IMG/VR virus record: IMGVR_UViG_3300045938_000114
Coordinates: 1-64,000 of that record
Direction: 5' to 3' (one strand)
Length of the DNA stretch: 64,000 bases
DNA from: a virus
Lineage: Duplodnaviria > Caudoviricetes
The translations under genes and the position numbers were made by a program. The notes under the pieces were generated by a model that was not told the origin of the DNA, did no database searches, and worked only from the letters and a program-made list of their open reading frames with translations. How positions within the stretch are numbered: the first letter of the stretch is position 1; every line of letters starts with the position of its first letter. Positions 56,789-64,000 of this stretch are shown here, piece after piece.

Positions 56789-57094
56789 TTAGAAAAGCGT
56801 TAGCTGTTTGCGGGTAAGCGTCTTCGGGCTACGGCCTAGCGCCGTGGGGCCCTTTGGGCACATTTTCACTAAGCCACTGTCGACGGCGGCCTGCTCACGC
56901 TCGACGTGCACGTAGCCGCCCACGTTGATGTGCTCGCTGGGACGCACGCAGGGCGAGCCGGCCGGGGCGAAGCACTTGGAGCAGGGCACCACCCAAAACG
57001 GGTGCGTTTCCCAGTGCTCCCCGCAGGTGTTACAGGTGAAGCCCTGCCCGTTGCGGCCCCGGCCCTTGCGGCTTTTAGATGCGGGCTTATTCAT
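56789..57094 (-). CDS. Zn-finger protein ending QLTLF
   Basis: C..C, C..C.A..G.PC.RPS.H...H.ER. Confidence 0.75.
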   Translation of the reverse strand: MNKPASKSRKGRGRNGQGFTCNTCGEHWETHPFWVVPCSKCFAPAGSPCVRPSEHINVGGYVHVEREQAAVDSGLVKMCPKGPTALGRSPKTLTRKQLTLF

Positions 57095-58413
57095 AGCCGA
57101 GTAGCTAAGTAGTTATCCAGCACCCGTTCAATGCCCCCGTACAGCCCCCGCCGATTTTTATTGAAGCGGTTCGTTTCCAGCACCTTCATTGACTGTTGAA
57201 TCAAGTCGTAGTGGTCCGGCTCGTCGGCGCACACCTCGCGCAGCAGCGCATCGGCCTCCGCCCGGTTGGCCTGTATCCGCGGCAGGGCTACCGCCGTGGG
57301 GTACACCTCAGCGTGCACGGCCGTAACCGAGTAGTCGTAGATGCCGTCCTGGTGCCACTGCCCCTGGATGGCCACCAGCTCGCGGGCCGAGATGAAGCTG
57401 AGCGTCGGGTCGTAGCCCTGCTGTATCTCGCGCTGCGCCAGCAGCAGCCGGCGCAGCACCTCCGCCCGAACCTCGGGCAGGTATGGCCCCCAGCGGCCTT
57501 CCAACTGGTAGCCCCGGCGCAGGGTCTTGCTGCGGTAGCGCTCGGGGTTGTCGCGGGTTTCCACGAGGTAGTCGCGCAGGTCGGCCAGCGGCTCCATCCA
57601 CTCCTCGCCGTGTTGCAGGAGGCCTTTCATTGACTTGTCCTCTTTCACCACCGTGCACACGTAGCAGCCGAAGCGGCTCTTGCCGCACGAGGGCGTTTCG
57701 GTATCGACCACTAGCGGGCAATCCTCGTCGGTGCTGGCGTTGCGGTAGAGCGTAATCAGCTCCTTGTGGGTGCCGCCCCAGGGCGGGGGCACCTGGCTGA
57801 GGTACTGCCACACCCCGGCCGTTTCTACGTCGCGGATGGGGGCGTACACGTAGGCGTTGGGCAGCAGGTGCTTACGCAGCCGGTGGCCGTGTACGGCGTG
57901 CTTGGCCATTGAGCGGGCACGGCGGGCGCTCTCCGCCGAGCGCGTGCCTAGCAGGATAATTACCTCGCCGGCCTGGCTCACCTTCGCCTTGATGAAGGCC
58001 GTGGTCGGGTTGATTTTCAGCCGGTCGGTACACCAGCGGAAAGTACTGCTGGGGGCTGGGTAGCCCTTGCCGATAAGCGAAAACCAAAACGCCTGTTCAA
58101 CGACGGGCGTAGTGCGCACCACGACGAAGGGCATTTGATGGGCGGGCGCGGCGGCCTCGATGCGTTGCAGCGTTGCCTCGATAAAGCCCACGATGCGCGG
58201 GTTCTCCACCAGCGTATCGTTGCACACGACGTACACCGGCCGGTGGCGCTGGGCGGCCGGCAGCTTGGCCACGGCCAGCCACACGAGTTGCAGCAGCATC
58301 GTGGAGTCCTTACCGCCGCTGAACCCGACTATCCAGGGCCGGTTGTTGTCGTCGGCCGTGTACTGGTCCTGAATCTCGGCCAGCATGAACGGGAGCATGA
58401 TGGAGCTACTCAT
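57091..58413 (-). CDS. dndC: DNA phosphorothioation sulfurtransferase DndC homologue (orphan)
   Basis: RPWIVGFSGGKDST, DTLVENP, LIGKGYPAP...FRWCTDRLKI.P, GTR.AES, CPLV.D..TPSCG.SRFGC..CTVV..DKSM, GPY; likely start 58413. Confidence 0.92.
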   Translation of the reverse strand: MSSSIMLPFMLAEIQDQYTADDNNRPWIVGFSGGKDSTMLLQLVWLAVAKLPAAQRHRPVYVVCNDTLVENPRIVGFIEATLQRIEAAAPAHQMPFVVVRTTPVVEQAFWFSLIGKGYPAPSSTFRWCTDRLKINPTTAFIKAKVSQAGEVIILLGTRSAESARRARSMAKHAVHGHRLRKHLLPNAYVYAPIRDVETAGVWQYLSQVPPPWGGTHKELITLYRNASTDEDCPLVVDTETPSCGKSRFGCYVCTVVKEDKSMKGLLQHGEEWMEPLADLRDYLVETRDNPERYRSKTLRRGYQLEGRWGPYLPEVRAEVLRRLLLAQREIQQGYDPTLSFISARELVAIQGQWHQDGIYDYSVTAVHAEVYPTAVALPRIQANRAEADALLREVCADEPDHYDLIQQSMKVLETNRFNKNRRGLYGGIERVLDNYLATRL

Positions 58414-58594
58414 GGTCGCGCCCCTCCTGCCAAATGTCCCACAGGGCAAACACCCCGAATAAGCCCCACCCGAATAATACCAGGACGGCCCGCACAGCCC
58501 TGCGCCGTGGGCTGATGCCCGCCATTGGGGTAGAGGGCAGGATGAAGATGCCCACGCACAGGTAAGCGGTTATGAGGTAGTGCCACCACATCAT
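58406..58594 (-). CDS. Small two-TM membrane protein
   Basis: Hydrophobic; coupled overlaps. Confidence 0.55.
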   Translation of the reverse strand: MMWWHYLITAYLCVGIFILPSTPMAGISPRRRAVRAVLVLFGWGLFGVFALWDIWQEGRDHE

Positions 58595-58941
58595 GCTGCT
58601 ACCCCTCCTTCAATTTGAAAAAGCGTGAGTGGCTGTTTAAGCAGCTTTGCCTGCCCCAGCCTAGTTTCTAATTCTGACTTTGCAAGCCGCAGGCGCAACT
58701 GCTGCACGTCCTTTTCAGAATAATCCGGTAGGGAAAGCAGGCGCTCGCACAGGCTGATGTCGCTGCGTAGTTGCTCGGTTGTTCGGCCTACGTAGTACCT
58801 GCTCAGGGATTGCTCCAGGCTTAATCCGGTGCGCATATCGGCTATCACCTTATCCGCACAATTGGGGTCGAAACGGGAGATAAAGCCCGCGCCCACGGCC
58901 GTTTGCGGCAGCAGGAATGAAGTTTGAGGGCGTTTGCTCAT
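58591..58941 (-). CDS. Hypothetical protein
   Basis: Real start likely 58941 (MSKRPQTSF), ATGA overlap with the Dcm stop. Confidence 0.6.
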   Translation of the reverse strand: MSKRPQTSFLLPQTAVGAGFISRFDPNCADKVIADMRTGLSLEQSLSRYYVGRTTEQLRSDISLCERLLSLPDYSEKDVQQLRLRLAKSELETRLGQAKLLKQPLTLFQIEGGVAA

Positions 58942-61301
58942 GCGGCGGCCCTCCCTCCAAATAAGTCCAGCTGCTCCCAGGCGTGCACCGTAGCCTCGCA
59001 CAGCGGGCGCAGCTTGCGCTTGCGGGCGGCGCGCAGGCTGGGCGTCATGGCGCGGGCCAGGGCCTCGGCTATCTGCGGCACTACGGCGTTGCCTAGCATC
59101 TCCTTTTTCTTGGTATCGCTGCCAGCTAGATAGTAGTCGGCGGGAAAGCCCATTATCAACTTCAGCTCCTCCACCTTCAGCATTCGCATGTAGATGTCGG
59201 CGATGCCGTGGCGGCGGCAGTAGGCTTTGAGCAACCGCATAGCTTCCGAGTCGCCCGGCTCGTGGGCGACGGGCGAGCCGGGCGCGGCGAGCACCAGGTA
59301 CTGGTGGCGGCGGCTGGCCACGATGGTCTTCGCCGGCCCACGTAGCGAGTAGGGAGCGCTGGCCCCATGGCTGGGCGTGAGGAACCCCAGCAGTCCCACC
59401 CGGTCGTGGGTAGTCAGCGTGGGGCACGGCCGGCATAGTGACTGCACGGTGCCGTTGCCGTAGTAGGTCATCAGGTACAGGTTGCCGCCGTTGGTCGTGA
59501 CGGTGGGCGCCTGGCCATCAAGGGACATGGTGAGCCGGGCCGCGTCATCGTCGGCGCGGGTGCCGTTGCTTTGCAGCAGGGCAGCCGTGAGCAGCGACTG
59601 GTTGGGCTGCGCGGTGATGGTGCGGCTGGCGGTGGTGCTGGGCCACGTCTTGGCGGCCGGGCTGGTGCCCTCGCTTACCCCGTTGCTTTGGGCCAGGAAC
59701 TCCACCTGCACCGTGCTGAAACGGTTCTCAGTGGTCACGGTATTCACCGGGCCTTCCAGGCTCAGCACCCGGCAGTTATCGGAGCCGCCGTTATGCTGCT
59801 GCACGAATACTGGCGTAAGTAGGCGGCTCTTAGGTTGGGTAGTCAGGCAAGGGTGCGGGGCGCACATAGCTGAGGTCTGGCCCCGGCCGCTGTAGAAGTG
59901 CGTGAGGTATTGCTGCCCACCGCTGCCGGTGATGGTAGCCGAAGGCTCGTCGAGCGAGCGCCCCCGGTTCTCGCCCCCGTAGTTGTGCATCAGGTAGGCC
60001 GTAGCCAGATTATGATGGTCGGCGGTGGTGATAGTGCTCGCGGGCTTGCTCAGCGGGTAGCTCTGGTGGGTAGGGTCGCCGCCGTAGGACTTTACCATTA
60101 TCTCGGCGCTCACCAACCCGAGCGGCCCCTTATCCTGGCGGGCTACTATTGTGGGTGAGGGGGCCGTACTGCTAGCCGAAGCGCCGCCCCAGGCGGGGTT
60201 AGCCACGAACTCAGCCGTCACGAGGTCAGGATGCCACGAGGCCGCTATCACGTCGCTGGGCCGGTTGATGCTGGCGCCTACGCCAGGCTTACCGCTGGGC
60301 GGGTTGCTCTGGTTTTTGTGGATGAAGGCCGGCGTGAGCAGGTCGGGCAGGTAGCAGGTAGCGATAGTGCTCGACGGGTTAGTGCCGGGCACGCTGCCCT
60401 CAGGGCGCTGCGTGCCCGTGCGCTTCACCAGTACCTCGCTCTCACCCGCCCCTATAACGTGCTTTTTCAGGCCAGCCAGAATGCGGCGCAGGGTTTTGTC
60501 AGCCGGTTTATCGCCGGGCTTGCGGTTCTTGCCCTGGTCCCATTGCGTGAAGATGCTGCGGCCCCGGTCGCCCAGGTCGAGCACGTCACGCACCGGCAGC
60601 CAGGTAGGCAGCTTACCCTTACCGTCGCGGTCGTGGGTAGGCTTGGGCCATTTGATTTTGATGCCGGCCCGCGTGAAGATGCCGAAGTAACGCTTGCGGC
60701 TTTGGGGTGCGCCGAAGTCGGCCGCGTTCAAAATCCGGTATTCGTAGTTGACGAAGCCCATCTTCTTCATTACCTCCAACCAGTGGTTGTAGTACTCGGA
60801 CTTACGCTCCTTAATCGGGTCGTAGATGGGCTCGCCCTTCTTATCGAAGACCAGCTCCCCGCGCTTGTTGCGCCGCTGCTGCACCGGCCCCCAGGTTAGG
60901 AACTGCGACACGTTCTCAATCATGATGCAGTTCACGTTGAGGGCGAGCGCGAAGCGGGGCAGTTCCTCGGCCAAGGCGCGCTCCTTGGCGTCGCGGCTCT
61001 GGCCACCTTTCGCAATAGAATGGTGCGTGCAATCCGGGCTGGCCCACATCACGTCGGCCATCACGCCCACCTTCCACTCACTTTGTTTGCGGATGTCGCA
61101 CAGCAGGTGCTTGGCGTAGGGGAAGTTGTGTTTGTGGGTAGCGATAGCTACCGGCGAGTGGTTGAGGGCCAGCATCGCCAGCCAGCCGGCCCAGCTCAGG
61201 CCCTTGCTGGCCCCACCGCCGCCCGCGAAGAAGTCAGCGTAGCGGATAGGCGCGTCAGGCTCTACCTCGGCTGTGGCGATTTTACGGATGGTCTTAACCA
61301 T
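58938..61301 (-). CDS. C5-cytosine DNA methyltransferase with expanded repetitive variable region
   Basis: FFAGGGG (I), SPDC (IV), ENV (VI), PQSRKR (VIII), RML...EL...MGFP..Y (IX), GNAV (X). Confidence 0.95.
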   Translation of the reverse strand: MVKTIRKIATAEVEPDAPIRYADFFAGGGGASKGLSWAGWLAMLALNHSPVAIATHKHNFPYAKHLLCDIRKQSEWKVGVMADVMWASPDCTHHSIAKGGQSRDAKERALAEELPRFALALNVNCIMIENVSQFLTWGPVQQRRNKRGELVFDKKGEPIYDPIKERKSEYYNHWLEVMKKMGFVNYEYRILNAADFGAPQSRKRYFGIFTRAGIKIKWPKPTHDRDGKGKLPTWLPVRDVLDLGDRGRSIFTQWDQGKNRKPGDKPADKTLRRILAGLKKHVIGAGESEVLVKRTGTQRPEGSVPGTNPSSTIATCYLPDLLTPAFIHKNQSNPPSGKPGVGASINRPSDVIAASWHPDLVTAEFVANPAWGGASASSTAPSPTIVARQDKGPLGLVSAEIMVKSYGGDPTHQSYPLSKPASTITTADHHNLATAYLMHNYGGENRGRSLDEPSATITGSGGQQYLTHFYSGRGQTSAMCAPHPCLTTQPKSRLLTPVFVQQHNGGSDNCRVLSLEGPVNTVTTENRFSTVQVEFLAQSNGVSEGTSPAAKTWPSTTASRTITAQPNQSLLTAALLQSNGTRADDDAARLTMSLDGQAPTVTTNGGNLYLMTYYGNGTVQSLCRPCPTLTTHDRVGLLGFLTPSHGASAPYSLRGPAKTIVASRRHQYLVLAAPGSPVAHEPGDSEAMRLLKAYCRRHGIADIYMRMLKVEELKLIMGFPADYYLAGSDTKKKEMLGNAVVPQIAEALARAMTPSLRAARKRKLRPLCEATVHAWEQLDLFGGRAAA

Positions 61302-62481
61302 GAATCGCTACCTCCTCACTTTGGGCTAGTGCCAGGCCACCGGCCCCACGCTCGCGGCGGCCTTGCTTAGCGGTGCCGCAGAACGGCGACGTCATGTATA
61401 AAATGGACGGCGTAGTCATGGCCGGCAGTTCGCCTACCGTCAACATGCGGTCGGTGGGCACGGCCTGCATGTGGGGTTGCAGGCCGTGGTTGATGCTGAC
61501 AACCGGCTTTTCGGCAAGCTGCTGCTGTTCCTGCTTGGCCTTCATGAACTCCTCCCAGCTACGCCGACCGCCGCGCATGTATGCGAAGCGCTCCTCGTGA
61601 TTAGCTGGCAGGTTGCGGATGTAGAAGGCTGAGCCGGGGCTGGTGTCCTCCTTCGGCGTGCCGCGCTTTTTAGGCGCGACCGTGGCTTGAACAGGAGCCG
61701 GCGCGGGCGGGGTAGGCTTAGCAACGGCCACTACCTTTTTAGGAGTCGGCTCCTTCACAACCTTCGGGGCTGGGGCCGGGCGGGCAGCCTTCGCCGCTTT
61801 CTGCACCGGCTCTTTCTTCGGGCGCACGGTTGACGTAGCTGCATCCGAGCGCCGGGCGCGGCGGCGCAACTTTAGCTTGTTGGCGTAAGCTACTACACGT
61901 TTCACTGACTTGCCTATCAGCGCAGCCAGCTCAGACATCGGCATTGACGTTTCGTAGTGGGCCCGCACCAATGCATCCTTCTCACCTGACCAACTCGTCT
62001 TGCGCGGCCCCTTTTTAGGGCGCTTGATAACCAGACGTTTTATTTTCAACTTCCTGGCGCGCTTCACGAGGTCGCTCACCTTCGTGCGGCCGAGCAGCGC
62101 GGCGAGTTCACGCAACGGCATTGCGGTCGGGTAGTGCGCAAGCATCAACTCATCTGCTTCCGCTGTCCAACGTTTGTAGCCCGAGTTACGGCGCAGCTTC
62201 AAATCCTCCGCCTTGTTTCTGACCGAGGCTAGCGAGCGGCCTAGCAAGTCGGATACCCCTTTGTAACCCAGGGCCTCGTAGTTCTCGCGCAACGTAGCCG
62301 TCTCCGACTCCGTCCAATCCTGGTCGCTTATGCGCTTAATACTCAGCTCTCTGGCCTTAACGGCAATAGCGCTCCAGGTATGGGCTGGGATTTCAGCCAG
62401 CAGTGCTGCCCGTTTTGCCTTCGGGTATAAATCGCTCAATAACACTACTTCGGCGGGTGTCCAACGATTGTAATTTCTCAT
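61294..62481 (-). CDS. DNA-binding protein with four tandem Myb/SANT-like HTH repeats
   Basis: 4x W[TS]..E...L...Y......LA..LGR....V...A..L.L.R. Confidence 0.8.
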   Translation of the reverse strand: MRNYNRWTPAEVVLLSDLYPKAKRAALLAEIPAHTWSAIAVKARELSIKRISDQDWTESETATLRENYEALGYKGVSDLLGRSLASVRNKAEDLKLRRNSGYKRWTAEADELMLAHYPTAMPLRELAALLGRTKVSDLVKRARKLKIKRLVIKRPKKGPRKTSWSGEKDALVRAHYETSMPMSELAALIGKSVKRVVAYANKLKLRRRARRSDAATSTVRPKKEPVQKAAKAARPAPAPKVVKEPTPKKVVAVAKPTPPAPAPVQATVAPKKRGTPKEDTSPGSAFYIRNLPANHEERFAYMRGGRRSWEEFMKAKQEQQQLAEKPVVSINHGLQPHMQAVPTDRMLTVGELPAMTTPSILYMTSPFCGTAKQGRRERGAGGLALAQSEEVAIHG

Positions 62482-62482
62482 A

Positions 62483-62518
62483 ACATGTAAGTGTTGTAAG
62501 TATTGTAAGTGTTGTAAG
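62483..62518. repeat. 4-unit 9-bp iteron array
   Basis: ACATGTAAG TGTTGTAAG TATTGTAAG TGTTGTAAG. Confidence 0.88.
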
Positions 62519-62520
62519 AT

Positions 62521-63942
62521 TTAAGAAGCAAGCGCGATGGCCGAAACCTTGGCGGCGCGGGCCACCAGCGCGTAGGCCGGGTAGCTCGTGTGGGTTTCCA
62601 GCACGCTCCACCCCTTCATCGGCACCAGGTACTGGTCGCCGGCCGTGTCAAAGGCGGTGTACACCAGCAGGTCACGGTTCGGGCTTTTCCAGTAGTACGC
62701 CTGGCCACCACCGTTCAGCAGTCGGCGCAGGTCGCGCCAGCCCGTCCAGTTTGCCCCCGTGTCGAGCAGGCCCGAGGCGCTGGCCCACGCTCCCTGAAAG
62801 AACGGCCGGGTGTAGGCCTCCAGCTCCTCATCGGTTTTCTCCACCGTGGCAATGCCTAGCTCCTGCACGCGCTCAGCCAGCGCGGGGTTGTGGCCCGGCC
62901 GGCTGTCAATCTTGTCGTTGGGGTTAGGCTCGTAGCGGGTGCCCAGGTTGCCTTCGTAGGCGCTGGCGTGGCGTAGCTCGCTGGTTAGCTCACTTACCCG
63001 CTGGTGCAGCTTGTAATGCCACTCACCGTGCGCGACGTACCGCTTATTCACCGTCCAAAAGCCGCACTGACCGAGGACGCGCACCTGCGCGCCCAGGCAG
63101 TACTTTGGGGCGGGTGCTTCGGCGGGCACCGGCTCTTCGAGCAACTGAATCCAGCGCAGGCCTTGCGGGCCGCGCAGGCGCTGCTCACCCTTAGCGCCCG
63201 GTTGCAGCGTGCGGCGCAGCCAATCTGCATCGTCTTCGCGCTCCTTGAAATCCAGCACCTGCTGGCAGTGGGCGTAGGCCTCTTCGAGCGTGACGAAGAA
63301 GTGAGCCGGCCGGTCGTCATTGTAGCCGCAATTCACCTCGTACTGGTAGGCCGGGGCCGGGGCAGGTGTCAGGGCTGCTTCCAGCTCCCGACGTTCCTGC
63401 TCTGTAATCTCCTCCCCGTAGAAGAAGCCCAGCCCGGCAATCAAAATCATGTAGCGGCGCAGGCTGGCGCGGTAGGCCACATAGTAGACGAGGCCGTTGG
63501 GCCCCTGGCCCGAGGCGTGGGTATCGCGGTAGCCGCGAGCAAATTTAGTAGCCTCCACGTAGTCGGTGAGGCGCACCAGTAGCGAGCCCGCCACCGTGAA
63601 CTGCGCCTTGGCCAGTAGCTCCGGCTCGCTTAGCTCCGGGCCGTCGGCCAGCAAATCCGCATGGGCCTGCTCATACCCGCCGACGTTGAGCGCCGCATAG
63701 TAGTCGGTACGACGAAAGTAGATGCGGAAGTCGCTCTCCGCGCCCAGGTCACGAACCTGGTAGCTTTGCGACTTCGGGTAGTAAGCTAGTACGAGCGCCT
63801 GCTGCTGCTCGCCCCGGCCGCGCAGGCCGGTCGTGGTGAGGTAGGTGCCGAGGGCACCGCTCAGGATGTCGCCGGGCTTGATGCCGCGGGTTTCGTGCAG
63901 CTTCTCAAAAACGCGCTGCGACGTGATTTCGTGGGTGGTCAT
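62521..63942 (-). CDS. Hypothetical multi-domain protein
   Basis: 473 aa; CCCAGTATG start. Confidence 0.7.
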   Translation of the reverse strand: MTTHEITSQRVFEKLHETRGIKPGDILSGALGTYLTTTGLRGRGEQQQALVLAYYPKSQSYQVRDLGAESDFRIYFRRTDYYAALNVGGYEQAHADLLADGPELSEPELLAKAQFTVAGSLLVRLTDYVEATKFARGYRDTHASGQGPNGLVYYVAYRASLRRYMILIAGLGFFYGEEITEQERRELEAALTPAPAPAYQYEVNCGYNDDRPAHFFVTLEEAYAHCQQVLDFKEREDDADWLRRTLQPGAKGEQRLRGPQGLRWIQLLEEPVPAEAPAPKYCLGAQVRVLGQCGFWTVNKRYVAHGEWHYKLHQRVSELTSELRHASAYEGNLGTRYEPNPNDKIDSRPGHNPALAERVQELGIATVEKTDEELEAYTRPFFQGAWASASGLLDTGANWTGWRDLRRLLNGGGQAYYWKSPNRDLLVYTAFDTAGDQYLVPMKGWSVLETHTSYPAYALVARAAKVSAIALAS

Positions 63943-64000
63943 ACTGGGGTTGGGGTATTGGGGTGAAGGGATGAACTAGGCGGCGCGGCGGTAGCGCGGC

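Larger units (their letters stand above)
1..64000 (-). mobile_element. Temperate contractile-tailed phage, probable phage-plasmid, of a Hymenobacter-like Bacteroidota host; extends beyond both window ends
   Basis: Colinear head-neck-sheath-tube-TMP-baseplate-fibre genes, ParA/RHH cassette, phage-type early genes, no host housekeeping synteny, no integrase seen. Confidence 0.9.

Noticed and set aside
53739-58413. Sulfate assimilation (cysH/cysD) auxiliary metabolic genes
   Set aside because: No ECGLH-type C-terminus, no cys neighbours; context is DNA methylases and one gene is clearly DndC-type
58942-59436. N-terminal extension of ORF 58591-59436 (likewise 29841-30053, 17541-17747, 25886-25978, 43615-43710)
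   Set aside because: Overlaps real upstream genes or regulatory DNA; downstream ATGs fit better
55831-61301. Restriction-modification or complete Dnd defence island
   Set aside because: No adjacent REase, dndD/E or dndFGH recognised
36770-62518. CRISPR or TIGR-like guide array
   Set aside because: 9-bp tandem units with no unique spacers; no cas or Nop-domain gene seen
1-64000. tRNA, rRNA, IS elements, integrase/att
   Set aside because: None recognised by eye; tRNAscan/Infernal were not run

Overview
Almost entirely minus-strand, GC-rich (my estimate ~60-63%) temperate myophage, most likely a phage-plasmid. The host is probably Hymenobacter-like (Bacteroidota), judged from a T9SS cargo gene and TAnnTTTG promoters. 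Bases 1-34.2 kb are the virion module: portal-MuF fusion, protease/scaffold, capsid, neck, sheath/tube, a -1 frameshifted tail chaperone, tape measure, baseplate and enzymatic fibres. A ~4.7 kb cargo block (twin TerS-like HTH protein, thyA, T9SS-secreted glycine-rich protein, HNH) interrupts this module. At 35.6-36.9 kb is a type Ib-like ParA + small RHH partition cassette with a 9-bp iteron cluster. The same 9-mer recurs as 4-unit arrays at four more sites up to 62.5 kb. Bases 37-64 kb are an early/accessory arm. Its most striking part is a DNA-modification-like cluster at ~49-61 kb: an orphan DndC, two further tandem PAPS-reductase/PP-loop paralogues, a Dam-type and a multi-repeat Dcm-type methyltransferase, a DUF5131 radical-SAM-like protein and a DEDDh exonuclease. 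Several of these proteins end in beta-clamp-binding-like QL[T/D]LF motifs, suggesting replisome-coupled sulfur/methyl DNA modification (inference). No integrase, large terminase, Rep, tRNA or CRISPR was seen. All calls are from motif reading by eye; no database search was run.
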